NCBI RefSeq assembly: GCF_006345805.1
Contig: NC_043009.1
Coordinates: 33,914,001 to 33,978,000 of the forward strand
From: Octopus sinensis
Lineage: Eukaryota
Reading direction: 5' to 3'
DNA: 64,000 bases
In this document: positions 15,001 through 27,699 of the stretch, piece after piece
Layout of the letters: every line of letters starts with the position of its first letter
Position numbering within the stretch: position 1 is the stretch's first letter
Position numbers and translations under genes: made by a program
The notes under the pieces: generated by a model
Told to the model about the DNA's origin: nothing
What the model saw: only the letters and a program-made list of their open reading frames with translations
Database searches by the model: none

Positions 15001-15799
15001 CTCTGCTACCAATAGAGTGGTTGTAGCCTACTATCACCCCCGCAGCCATACTTGTCACACAAGCTATGTAATCTGACACCACCTAACTTGTTATCTCTCT
15101 ACATGGTAACTATTATCACTGTAATGTCACATCCTACAGAATTCTCATTAACACCATGTCTCTATTCTACCATATGGAGAATACACCAAAAGAATTTAGG
15201 TTACAGAAATGCTGTATCCTACAGAATACTAACAAACTGATGCTGACCAACTGACCCCATTTTAACTCTTTAATTCTTTAATTGCGTGCTCCACTAAGTG
15301 TCTCTAGACAAGCAAAGAGATACACTGGAGTCCCTATATACACAACATTATGCATAGATTAGTATTGAGTCTCTAGACTGTGGAGCATCTGGACACCTTC
15401 CTAGGGTGCTAATGCTACAAAGCAGCACTGATTATATACTCTATTTACAACATGTTATAATTACCCTCTTTATTTTTTTTCTTTGGTGAAGGCTCATGGG
15501 CAAAAGGTTAGGGTGTTGCATTCAGGGTTGCAAGATCATATTTCAGTTCTTGAACCAGGCAGCATGTTGCTCCAGTTCACCCAGTGGTGAATGAATAACT
15601 CCACAATGGATTGGCATTTCAGTTATTTATACACCATGGAAACTGGGTAACTGGCTCTATGAGTCCATGAACTTGAGACAGTATTTAACTCACATAAATA
15701 TTTTGACTTGTTTTTATTATTTATAAAACAAATTGACATCATTGTCATCATCATTACCACCACCACCACCACCACCATTACACATATGTACTTACTTGT

Positions 15800-17100
15800 G
15801 CTTTAAGAGTTGAAGAAGGAGGACTGGACTGGCTGAATTGTTTGACAGAAATACACCAAAATGTTGTTGCATCCCTAACTGATGTCATCCAGAACCCAGA
15901 GCAAATACCTACCTGTCTGACTGAAGGGACAATATACGGTCTACCAAAAAACTGAAGACACGAAAATTCCAAAGCTCTACCGACCAATTACATAACTCAA
16001 CACCACCTACAAGATCCTCATATCCATACTAACTGAAAGAATATACACTTTCCTGGAACAGAACTCTATCCTTCCACTAGCACAAAAAGGTTGTAAAAGG
16101 AATTCTTATGGATGCAAAGATCAATTACTCATAAATAAAATTATTGTAGAGACTTGTTGGAGCTACAAGAAGAACCTGGGTATGGCATAGATAGACTACA
16201 GGAAAGTGTTTGATAGTGTTGCACATAATTAGCTACCAAAGCCCTTGAGATATACAAGATCTCCCTTGTAGTCTCCAAGTTCTTACTAGGTAGCCTACCC
16301 AAGTGGAATACATGTCTCCTTCTAAACCAAAGTAATGGGATGAGCCAATCTAACACCATCAACATCAAATGAGGCATCTTTCAAGGTGACTCCCCCTCCT
16401 CATTACTGATCCCACTCTCAAACGAACTGAGTAACACCATGTGTGGGTTCAAAATGTATAATATTATAAATCATCTGTTTTATATGGACAATCTGAAGCT
16501 GTTTACTAGAAATGATGAAGAGTTAGTAGGGCTGTTAACAACTGTTAAAGAGTTCAGCAATGACATCAGGATGAATTTTGGCCTTGGTAAGTGGGCTAAA
16601 GTAACTTTTGCAAGAGGAAAACCCAAGCAAACAGCTTCTATTAAATTAGATACTGATACTACCATCAAGGAGCTTGACTCATAAGGAAGCTATAAATACC
16701 CAGGGATAAACAAAGGAGACAGTATACATCATGCTATTATGAAGGAAAAGATACAAAAGGAGTGTTGCAGAAGAAAATGACACATACTAAAAACTGAACT
16801 CAACTCCAAAAATTGTATCGAAGTGCCTTTGGGATGATAAGAAAGGGATGTCAGAAATGTCTAGATGACATCCCAGGAAAACCATATCTCAGAGAAATCC
16901 AAAAGATTGTGCTGACAAGTACTGTCCATATCCTTAGAAAAACCCTATCAATTATGTGTTGTATTACATGAGGATATTTCACTAATGCCCCTACCACTTC
17001 CCCTCCCCAAGCTTTCAGTCATACTGTAACATCTCTCATCCTTCACTCACCCTAGGATGCTGACTGTGCAAACATGCAGGTTAAAAGCAAATAATAATAA
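15800..17100 (+). mobile_element. R4/Dong-type (RLE) non-LTR retrotransposon remnant with internal deletion, ending in (TAA/CAA)n
   Basis: KLYRPIT..TYKILTSIL, QKGCKRNSYGCKDQLLINK, IDYRKVFDSV, GIFQGD, HLFYMDNLKLF, YKY(L)GI; then REIQKIVLTSTVHILRKTLS. Confidence 0.82.
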
Positions 17101-17136
17101 CAACAACAATAACAACAACGATTATTATTATTATTA

Positions 17137-17169
<33 letters not shown>

Positions 17170-18539
17170 CCTTCCTAGAAACACCTGAACCACCTGAACA
17201 AGCAAGTTTGAAATTCTACTTAATGAATTGAATAAGAGAGAGTAGGGATAAAGAATTTTAGCTATTTAGAACAAGAATAGGCATGTTCACAGTGACAAAA
17301 CAGAAACTTGTAGTGCACACAAGCTCTTTAAAGCATTATGGCTATATATTGAACCTGGAATTTAAAAAAATTAAATAGGAAATATAAAACCCACTGGAGG
17401 ATAATGGTGAAGATAAAGGTATTGTAAGTGTTAAATTATCACAATGAAAAAAAGTGCTGAGTTAGATAGATTGACTTGAATGAAATGAAATAAAATCTTC
17501 AGAGAGCATGATAGAAACATGATAAAGAATAAAAAAACACAAAGAATTTTACAATACTGTAGGATATGTGCTACTTACTTCTCTTCTGATGGTAAATAGT
17601 CTATACAAGGCAGGTAAATTAAGAAAAGATAGACTTGGTGGAAAAGATGGAGAGAAGAGAACAAGAGCTTGAAATAGGAGGTGGGTAAAGTACTGCTCCT
17701 TAAAGAAGGTGCATTAAGAAAAGAGTCATTAAAACACCAGAAATAAAATACAATGTGAAGAAAGAAAAGAGAAGAATAAAAACTTTTTAAATATGCATAA
17801 AATGTGCTTCCAAATATTTGTAGATATTCATCATGCATTTTCTTCTTGTGGAAACACATTTTACACAAATTTAAAAGACAACTGGAAAAGATATTCTAGA
17901 CCACCCACCAGGCCACAAACAAATAAGCGGGGTTTTCTGCAGTGACAATAACCAAAACAAAATTACAAAGTAGACTAGACATAAGGAACAGTTCGAGTGT
18001 CATTGACTCCCATCACTCCCAAATGGGGCAGTTTAGTTGCAGGAAAACAAGCTCAGGGCTCCCACTGATTCTATATTATGGTGAGTTGATATTGATGTGA
18101 TGACAATGCAATAGGTATTAGTTCAGGGAAACTAAGAACGCAAGTGTATGCTCAGGCTGGAGCCCAGACAAGGAGTCAAAAGATTATACACTTTTTCTTC
18201 CCTTTCATAAATTGCTCTTTTAATCATTGCCCTCTGTGTCACTATCGGTCTGCTGAAAGAGTGTCTGGCATGAAACCAGTTCGTGGTATAAAAAAGGTCA
18301 GAGACCACTGTTCTAGCTGATAGTTTCATTTTATACATACTCTTAATAAATTTATGGAATTAAAAAAATCATATTAATGGCATACACTACAATATAAAAT
18401 TCATGTTGGGTTTTGATTAAAAGAAACAACTATTTTCAGACATTTTGCTTATGCAAACAGAAAGAAGACAGAAAAACACATCTGCTATACATCCCTGGAT
18501 TAAAAGCAGTATCTTCTTTTCACATCCTGTCATTCTAAA

Positions 18540-19200
18540 CATCACTAAATTGGCATAAGTTGGGGCAACTTTAGTACCCATCAGAGTTCCTGATATCATT
18601 ATACTGAGTCACTTTATAAGAAATAAATGTTTGTTAATATGAAACTAAGCTAGTGAATAATGAAGATTTTCAAAGCATTCTGGTAACTTAAACTAGTATG
18701 CATCAAGCTAATCTTTAATTGCGATATTTTTAGTCATGGGAAAAATTAATGTATAAATTAACAACATCAAAGGAAACAATAATTGCATTTTGGCTCACTG
18801 TTATTGGTGATTAAGCATATCTAGATCATCTCACCAAACATTGTACATGTTTTAAGTAGGACTTCAATTACTACTTGTGTATTTCACAGGCAAGACCTGC
18901 AATAATTTGTCTTAGTTTCAAATCATCTGGAGATAGTATTTTGATGGTATTTTTGGAGATGGTTTTAAACTTTTGGCATGTCTATAGTTGTCTACATTTT
19001 TTACACTATTATTTTCTAACATTTTAAGTACAATTTCTTTATAAAAATTTGTACCGATGACAACATTAGCATTACCTTTATTAGCTTTTTCAACTGAAAT
19101 GTCAAAGTTGTTTTGGAGATCATTAAAATTTTTCCTTTCTAGTTTTGAGTTCTTTCATAAATGTACATGTTCTTCCTAGCAGTGTCAAAATAAATGGTTT
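18540..19200 (-). mobile_element. PLE RT fragment, same family as 1-1400
   Basis: EKANKGNANVV (DKG motif), LRQIIAG, VSFDVVNLY, SGTLMGTKVAPTYANLVM. Confidence 0.75.
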
Positions 19201-19570
19201 CTTTTTTTATTTTTACAAATCAGGATCAACACAAATAAGTACAAAATATCCAAGTTAAGTGAAATATGAGATATATATCACAATTGGTTTATTCACTGGC
19301 ATGAAAACTAGGATGTGATGACTTAGGACAAATTCACACAGTCAATAACAAATAAATCTGTAGTTCACATCACTAATAAAATACAATGTACTGAATTGTT
19401 TATTCACGAAGCAAAGAAAACAAGTTCATTGTCACTTAGTTCTGAAGACCACATGTTTACATTTCAGTATGTGGTGATGATGGTGGGTGCACACGTGCAA
19501 AGCAAAACAAAAGTGAATACTCAGAGGTGAGCAAATGTATGTTCTCATAAATTTGTGTGTATGTGTGAGT

Positions 19571-19613
<43 letters not shown>

Positions 19614-21187
19614 GTGTCAGTGCAGGTGTGTGTAAAGAATATTTGACCTTTTAATTTTAAAAAATCCATTAGTTCCATGTAGCTACCTTCACTTGATTGA
19701 GAGAAAGTAAACGGTAAAAGACAAAAACAGAGAGAATGTAAGAGATTAAGTCTCAGATAGTTGTTAGTGGTACCTTTTATGTGATACTTAACTCTCACAT
19801 CACAAACCCAGCTGAAACCAGGTCTGGCTATGTGGGAGAAATGTCCTGCTTTCATAAGTTTTGAATTAAAATCTTCTACCAAACCTTAGTCACAATTTAT
19901 GCTCCTAACACTAGCTTAATGATAACTAAGTTCATCATCATCATCGTTTAACGTCCGTTCTCCATGCTAGCATGGGTTGGACGGTTCGACCGGGGATCTG
20001 GGAAGCCAGAAGGCTGCACCAGGCTCCAGTCTTATCTGGCAATGTTTCTACAGCTGGATGCCCTTCCTAACGCCAACCACTCCGTGAGTGTAGTGGGTGC
20101 TATTATATGTATATATTTTATGCTATTATATGTATATATTTTATATGCTATTATATGTATATATTTTATTATATGTATATATTTTACTAAATTCTTTGTT
20201 ATATTTAAAGTAAGTGAAAGAAGCACAGAACATCTCAATACAAATATGATAACAAAAGGGTTAAAGAATTTTTATGAGTTATCAAAGAGTTGAGTTGAAT
20301 TGTGCAAGTTCAGCAGTCTCCAATTCTCATGTAAAATGTGTTGTTTTCCCTAAACTAAAAAAGTCCTTGTCATTAACTGGGTTCATCTACATTTTCTAGG
20401 AGACATCTGGTTTTTGTAGGGACCATCTGGTCTTTTTTGTAGGGACTATCTGGTTTTTCTAGATGTCATTTAGTTTTTCTGTAGCCATCTGTTCTTTTTT
20501 GTTTTTGTTTTCAATTTAAAGAAAAATTCTGAAAATTGTAGTTTTGCATGAGTGAAGTTGAAGCTTTAGCTTTAGATCTGGTAAGGTTCCTGCTGCAGGT
20601 GTTTCATAACTATGCTAGAAAGATTAAGTAGTTTCAATGCCCTGTGTATTTTCAGTCAAACCAGGATAAAATGATAAAAATTTAAATCTTTACAGATTTC
20701 AAAAGAATTTGCTGAGATGACTGGACTTTGTTGCTAAACTGAGACAATTCCAGTCAGACAAAATGTATGGTAATCATATATAGATAGATGTCTGGTTGGT
20801 TGGTTAGATAGAAGGATAGATGAGTAGATAAATAGATGAACTGGATAAATAAATTAAAACAGCAGAGATACACAGTTATTTACTATTAATTAGTTTATCA
20901 ACTCTGAAGGAAATATGATGATATAAGTTTATTACAAGAATTGTGTGCACATGTGTTATTGAATCATTAACCATGAAATCTGTCAAATTACAAATGGATA
21001 CCTTAGAGATAAAGACAAAAGTGGTGGTGGTGGTGGTGGTGGTGGTGAGAATAATAAATGAATAAAATAACAAGAATAACTATAATAAACTACACAAAAT
21101 AAGAGTCCCACTCCCCACCCACACAAAAAAGAAAAGGAATGAAACAAAGGAAAAAATGACAATATGATTTAAAATTTTACTACTTAC

Positions 21188-21248
21188 AGTTTTACTTCTG
21201 GCTGTATCTATCTGGACTTTAGAACATCTGTTAAGAATATCCAGACGT
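21188..21248 (-). CDS. DLC1/STARD13: SAM-domain exon 3 (61 nt, phase 2 to 0): (R)RLDILNRCSKVQIDTARSKT
   Basis: Acceptor ttttctttttcaag|A, donor ACT|gtaagt; resembles RRLNTLNKCA of the DLC SAM domain; phases fit both neighbours. Confidence 0.93.
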
Positions 21249-21373
21249 CTTGAAAAAGAAAAGAGAAAACTGAAGTTTTATTGATTTATAGAATTGGCCT
21301 TTGGACACTTATGGATTTTTCTTTTTCTTTCTTAATCTATTGTTTTCTCTTTTTTGAAGTTACACACACAAAC

Positions 21374-21416
<43 letters not shown>

Positions 21417-21903
21417 CACATATATATATATATATACACATATATATATATACATATATATATATATATTGTGTTCTGGGATTAATTGTATCTTTCATTT
21501 GATGATACAATGAAAACTACTGATAAAAGAGATATTGATGAATTCACACACAAGCAAATCACTGTAGGAAGTCCAGTCAAGAAATAGCTCAATTTTTCAG
21601 TATTAATCATTAAACAATGAATAAAATAGGTGAGAGGTTGAATGATATTACTAAGTGAAGAAGAGACCTGGGAGGCTGCAGACAGTTTCTGAGGTGGGTC
21701 AAGAATAAAGCCAAGAGAAAATGAGAGGTTGTAAGTTCTATGGATAAGTTGCATATTGCATAAGAATATTAAATGATCTTGGACATGAACTAAAAGTTGC
21801 AAGAAAACAGTCAATAGTTTCAAAAGCTAATAAGACCAGGAAGTTCAACTGGTTTAAAGAGTTCTGTTACAAGGAAGAAGAGTTTTGGTCATCAATATGG
21901 TCA

Positions 21904-21946
21904 TCAGTCTCCTCTCAACAAATGGTATTTGTTGAGAGGAGACTGA
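21904..21946. other. Perfect 20-bp inverted repeat with 3-nt loop
   Basis: tcagtctcctctcaacaaat-ggt-atttgttgagaggagactga. Confidence 0.95.
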
Positions 21947-21980
21947 GTGTGAAGAATTGTATAAAAAACTATAACTCTAC

Positions 21981-22062
21981 CTGCTGAGGGCCTGTAGAGA
22001 ATCAGTATCAAGGAAGTCATGGTCATTATGGACTGATTCTGTGTTGATAGGAAACTGACCAT
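21981..22062 (-). CDS. DLC1/STARD13: SAM-domain exon 2 (82 nt, phase 1 to 2): DGQFPINTESVHNDHDFLDTDSLQALSR
   Basis: Acceptor tttcttttattgcag|AT, donor CAG|gtagag; resembles STARD13 DSQFPINIVAVKNDHDFLEKD. Confidence 0.94.
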
Positions 22063-23237
22063 CTGCAATAAAAGAAACAAAAATCATGTGAGAATACAGT
22101 CATTATTATCATCATCACCGCCATCATCGCAACCACCACTACCATCATCACCATCAATATCATCCTTACCACATATCATCACCACCACCACTACCAACAT
22201 TACAACAATGACGACAACCACCATCACCTAAATAATATTCAGCTAAGAAGACTCTATGTAGTAACTCAATTTGCTAACAACAGCAGCTAAATTTCCTTCA
22301 TGCCAAAAATCTCTGTGTTAAATAAGGAAAGATACATCAAACAATATAGTCCTAGATATATTATGGCTGCAAAAAGATCAGAAAGATCATGGCTTGAATG
22401 TTTTTGATCAGGGTAACCTGGTGTTAAACAAGAAATAAAAATAAAATCCCTTCACTATAATTTGCAGCGTTAACTAATACCATTAAAGTCAACATATTCA
22501 ACTGTTTCCTCCTCACAAAATTTGAGGTCTTATGCTTCTGTAAATCATTCCATGTAGTAAATAATATAAATTGTCCTCATTGTTGTTGTGAAGTTTTGAG
22601 GTAGTTGAACAAGTTTTGTTTGGTTCTTTCTTGGATCAATTCTTAACATACTGTAATGATTCTGTTACAACCCAGTCCTGTAATGATTCTATTACAGAAA
22701 AGAAATGAATGATAGATGGAAGTAATACTCTTTTTGTTTCAACCACTTATACTTATGAACAACAGCCACTATAATACACAGATGCATATGTATTTCTCTG
22801 TGTAAAAGAATGAATAGAGAAGTTTAGATTGCAAAACAAGGAAAGAGTTTCCAGCTTTCTTTTTATCACCAGAGCTACATCAGATAGATGGGCTATTAGA
22901 TATAAGAATGGTTGTGAAGGAGAAAAATTCTGGTACATGACATCAGTGTTGCCTCAATAACTCATTCTCTTACTGGGCAGGCTGAACAAAGACAATAACT
23001 TTCCTCTGCATTGTTTACAGATGTTTATTTGTATTAGATTACATGTCACAGACAGTGCTAAAATTTGTATTGTTGATCATTAGAAATATTAGATGTAAAC
23101 ACAACTGAAGTTAGGAAGTTCACTTCACAACCATGTGGGTTTCATCCCACCATTTGGTACATTGCATCAGTGTCTTCTACTATAGTCATGTGTAGACCAA
23201 AATATTAGGAGTAGATTTGGGAGATGGAAACTAAAAG

Positions 23238-23277
<40 letters not shown>

Positions 23278-23849
23278 TTCTAGTGTTTGCTTACATTTGT
23301 GCTTCACCAATGCAAACAATGATATTGCTATTCATCTCTCCTGTCAACAAATTGTCCACAGACTTTGTGCCTTTGTAAATATATATAGAACGGGAGATTC
23401 CTTCTTGTAAAACAAATAACAGTTAGCAACATGAAGGATCTTTGGTTGTAAAACAATGCCTGAATAATTTATTCATTTAATCAATGGTCACATAGACAAA
23501 TGAACATAAAAATTAACAAAATACCTATACATATCACTCAACAATAAAGCTATATGAGTTGGAAACTTAATTTACTGATGACATTCATCTATATCATAAC
23601 TCACATGCATGTGTGTGTATGTGTGTGTGGTTGTATGTTAGTGAGTTCGTGTACATATCTACATGTGTGAGTCTTTGTATGCATGCATTGATTTAAGAAC
23701 AGGTGCTAAATTGTTTCTATATGAATTAGATATTTTTGCTGATATTTCATATAACCTATCATACCTTTCAAGATTATATGAAAAGTTAAAGAACTGCTCC
23801 ACCCATTCAAATCAGCTAATCCACCCTCCACTTCATGTGCCTGCCCCTC

Positions 23850-24351
23850 CATCTACATTTGAACTCAGAAACATGAGGCCATGAACTAAAGATGATAAAG
23901 CATAGTTATACCATGGACAGACAATATTTGAGCAATATCTCTTGGAGTTGATGGTGTCTTCAAAAAATATTGGTCCTACAATATGCTTTCTCAAAATTGC
24001 CATCAATACTCCAACTTTTTTGGGATGCAGAGGTTGCTCATGTGTTGCATGTGGATTCTCAGTGCTCCATAACCTTGTGTTTTGCAAATTTATGTGTCCT
24101 GACAGATGAAGCCAAGTTTCATCGGTGTAAAAACACCCATCCAGCACTTCTATGCCTTTTTTGGCAACAAAGTTTTGGAACCAATGACAATAATGAAGTC
24201 TTTTAGTATGATCCGTAGTCTTCACATCTTGAATGGTCAGCACTTCGTATGTATAGAAATTTAATTTCTTTTTTACTGCCGTGTGAGCACTTCCTAGGTT
24301 GATTTCCATTTCCTTCTTGTCCATGATGTGTAAAGTCTGATATGAATTCAT
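23850..24351 (-). mobile_element. IS630-Tc1-mariner transposase fragment (maT/rosa-like)
   Basis: RLHYCHWF...FYTDETWLHLSGHINLQNTRLWSTENPH..HEQPLHPKKVGV...IVGPIFFEDTINSKRY. Confidence 0.88.
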
Positions 24352-25174
24352 AAGTTTTATTTCAAATGGATATCTGTGTGTGTGTGTGTGTGTGTGTCAT
24401 TGTGTCTGTGTCAGTGCTTGTCCCGCCACCACTGCTTGACAACTGGTGCTTGTGTGTTTACGTCCCTGTAACTTAGTGGTTTGAAAACACAACCAACAGA
24501 ATAAGTACTAGACTTATAAAAAAAAAATAAGTACTGGGGTCAATACATTCGACTAAAAATTCTTCAAGTTGATGCTCCAGCATGGCTGCAGTCTAATGAC
24601 TTGAAACTAGTAAAAGATAATAGATAAAAGATGTTTCATCATCATCATCATCGTTTAGTGTCTGCTTTCCATGCTAGCATTGGTTGGACGGTTCAACTGG
24701 GGTCTGGGAAGCCAGAAAGCTGCACCAGGCCCAGTCTGATCTGACAATGTTTCTAAGGCTGGATGCCCTTCCTAACGCCAACCACTCCGTGAGTGTAGTG
24801 GGTGATTTTTACGTGCCACCGGCAAAGGTGCCAGACAAGGCTGGCAATATAAAAATATAAGTCTTTTTTAAAAAACAGGGATGAGTGTACACATTACACT
24901 TTGCTACAAAGGAATACACATACACCTCTATGTTGCATTAACAACACTTGAGTTTTCTAAACATCTGACATTTTCTAACTCTTTTCAGAAACATGCAGAA
25001 CATATATATGGCATATTTGTGAGTTGTGGTATGGTGGTTGAAAATATCTGGCCTGTCACATAAGGAGTTCATTGCTGAATCACTTTGATTCAGTGCTAAC
25101 ATAGAGCTCAACAACCAGCCAACCAACTGTAAAAACATCAACTACAGTAAGGAGTCATCAGAAATCTAACTTAC

Positions 25175-25246
25175 CTTGAAACATCTGAACATACTGGGGA
25201 AATCCTGTATAACGCAGCCATTTGCAGGCCTCTTTAGCTTCAATTT
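25175..25246 (-). CDS. DLC1/STARD13: SAM-domain exon 1 (72 nt, phase 1 to 1): EIEAKEACKWLRYTGFPQYVQMFQ
   Basis: Acceptor ttctttctatttgcag|AA, donor AAG|gtaagt; close to EIEAKEACDWLRAAGFPQYAQLYE of DLC1/STARD13. Confidence 0.95.
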
Positions 25247-25799
25247 CTGCAAATAGAAAGAAAATTGAAAATTTCTATGAGTGACAAAGGTAAAAGAAAA
25301 ACAATAAAGAAATAACACAATAGTAACAAAAACTGAACAGTATAGAACAAGTCATTGAAGGAGCCTCTCTGTGTGGTCACTCAAGTTGCTGAGGGTACAC
25401 TGAATAAAATAACCTGAGGTACACCATACTTGCAAAAACAAAAACAAAAAAAAAAAAACAAAAGAAAAAATTGGACGATGGTCCCACTGCTATCATCACT
25501 GTTACCAATGCCACGGGCAGGGTGAGATATTTTTGAAGATTGACAGTTGTCCATGCATGCAAGTCTCCTCTCTATGATACTGACATCCATCCAAGGGAAA
25601 GGCTGTTAACTTGGGCCAATACAGTTTGGTATGAATATCATTACAAGCATTACTGTCAGAACACAAAAAGTCAGAAAGATACCATGAAGCATATTCTAGA
25701 ATCTCTGTTGATTCTGCTAACCCACTGCTCTGAATCTGAACTCAAAGCACAGCGAGTCAGAACAAGTACTGCAAGGAATTCTATCTAACGATCTAATGA

Positions 25800-26220
25800 C
25801 CCTGCCAACTAATCAAGGCCTCACTGACCGTTTCACATTCCACCTGAAAAGTAAAGTGAGGCTGGAGAGGGAGATGCTGTCACCCAGTAAATTTGTTGAA
25901 AGGTGAGGGAATGTGGCAAGAATGGCCCATGTGAATGGGCCTACTCTAAGTGTGTGCCTGTAGGCTGGATGGAATGAGGAGGAGAGGAGTGCCTACCAGA
26001 GGTGCCTTTGGTGTTAGGGGGTCCAAAAGTGTGTGAGGTTCCTTTGGTCACCTCTTGGTGGAACTCCCCCTTATTGGGGAAGTGCATTGCTGCTTTAATC
26101 TCCTTCTTAATTGTTGTGGGGTTTTTTTTGCTGTTTACACATTTAACCCTACTGTCCCATGTCTGTATATCGTCCTTTATGATTTGTGTTCAGCTTTAGG
26201 GGCCAATAACAAAAGTATTA
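25800..26220 (+). mobile_element. 3' end of a Tx1/L1-like LINE
   Basis: FHLKSKVRLEREMLSPSKFVER*GNVARMAHVNGPTLSVCL* followed by a UTR-like segment. Confidence 0.5.
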
Positions 26221-26582
26221 TTATTATATGTTTGACTTTTGCTTTACATTTGTACAAGTTGGCTCCAAGTCTCACCTAGAGACCTCAAGAGACAACAAGG
26301 TAGAAGTTCATGTTGGCGTTATACCTAGGTGACATATATTTGCTTTTGCACATAGAATTGTCCTAGAGAATGTTTAAGAAAATATAAGAAAATTATGAGT
26401 TTGTTTTAAAATTTGAGATTACATAGTATTTTACGTAGGATATGGGCAGTTCCCATGAGCACTCTCTTATGAATTTCTGCCATTTTGGGGGTTCCTGGTA
26501 TCTGAGCTAGGTAGCAACCAGCCCCTTTTGTTATCATTCCTAGGGCACCTATGGCAACAGGTATTGTTTTAGTATTGTTTTA

Positions 26583-26800
26583 GGCGGCGAGCTGGCAGAA
26601 ATGCTCAGCAGTATATCGTCTGTCGCTACGTTCTGAGTTCAAATTCCGCCGAGGTCGACTTTGCCTTTCATTCTTTCGGGGTCGATAAATTAAGTACCAC
26701 TGCCTCTACGCACTGGGGTCGATGTAATCGACTTAATCCGTTTGTCTGTCCTTGTTTGTCCCCTCTGTGTTTAGCCCCTTGTGGGTAATAAAGAAATAGG
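26583..26800 (+). mobile_element. tRNA-derived SINE family B
   Basis: ggcggcgagctggcaga A-box-like, gagttcaaattcc B-box, central gcctttcattctttcggggtcgataaattaagtacca; CpG-rich. Confidence 0.75.
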
Positions 26801-26985
26801 TATTGTTTTAGTTTTGAGGTTCCGCATTTTGCCAATTTCTATTTCAAGATTTTTATACATTTGATCAGTTTTTGGTAGGTCTTAACAGATACATTTATGT
26901 TGATTGAGACAGTCATATCAATGAAGAGGCATGATTTTTATCTGAAGTCTTTCAGTATAATGTATCTATAATAATAATAATAATA

Positions 26986-27023
<38 letters not shown>

Positions 27024-27024
27024 C

Positions 27025-27310
27025 GATAAAGGATTGAGGTAACTCCTCCTGAAGATACAGAGTCAAAATTAAAAGAAGAGAAATTTATTTTTTGAACCAG
27101 TTGAAGACACACAAGATGTCAAAATATCATTCGTTAGAAAACAATGGCACTCTTCTTTTAATTTTGACTCTATATCTTCAGGAGGAGTTACTTCAATCCT
27201 TTATCTATTGACCAAAATGAAGTAGATTGACAAATTTATTTTTTGAACTGGTTGAAGACACACAAGATGTTGAAATATCGTTCACTAGATAACAATGGCT
27301 CTCTTCTTTT
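27025..27310. repeat. PLE terminal-repeat remnant: 56-bp inverted arms (27025-27080 / 27150-27205) and two direct copies of an HHR-like unit (27093-27133, 27244-27284)
   Basis: Arms differ at 2 of 56 positions. Unit tgaac-(c/t)(a/g)GTTGA-a-gaca-cacaaga-tgt(c/t)-(g/a)AAA-tatc-(g/a)ttc; flanked by (AAT)n and (ATT)n. Confidence 0.8.
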
Positions 27311-27699
27311 AATGATGGCTCTTATTATTATTATTATTATTATTACTACTACTACTATTATTATTTGTGTTGGACATATATCACATTAGCACCCAAAGGT
27401 TTGTTGAATTTTGTCAAAAAATAATTTGTTTACACTTGTTAATTTTTATAAAAAGTTTAGATAAGGTCCCCTACTTCACTCAATAAACTAAAGAATCAGA
27501 TTCAATGAGATGATAGCAAGAAAATTTCATACAATCATCAGTTTCATAAGAGAGCAAATGTTTGAGAACAATGATAATTGTTACAGCAATGTTTTTAACA
27601 ACACAAGTGACAACAACAAAAGTAATAACAACAGTAGCAACAGTAAAAGTATTAAGAACAGCAACAATAGGGGCAACTCCACAGATAGGCAATCTTTTG

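Noticed and set aside
20395-20490. ~22-bp catctggtttttgtagggac repeats as a CRISPR-like array
   Set aside because: Three or four decaying units, no unique spacers, eukaryotic context.
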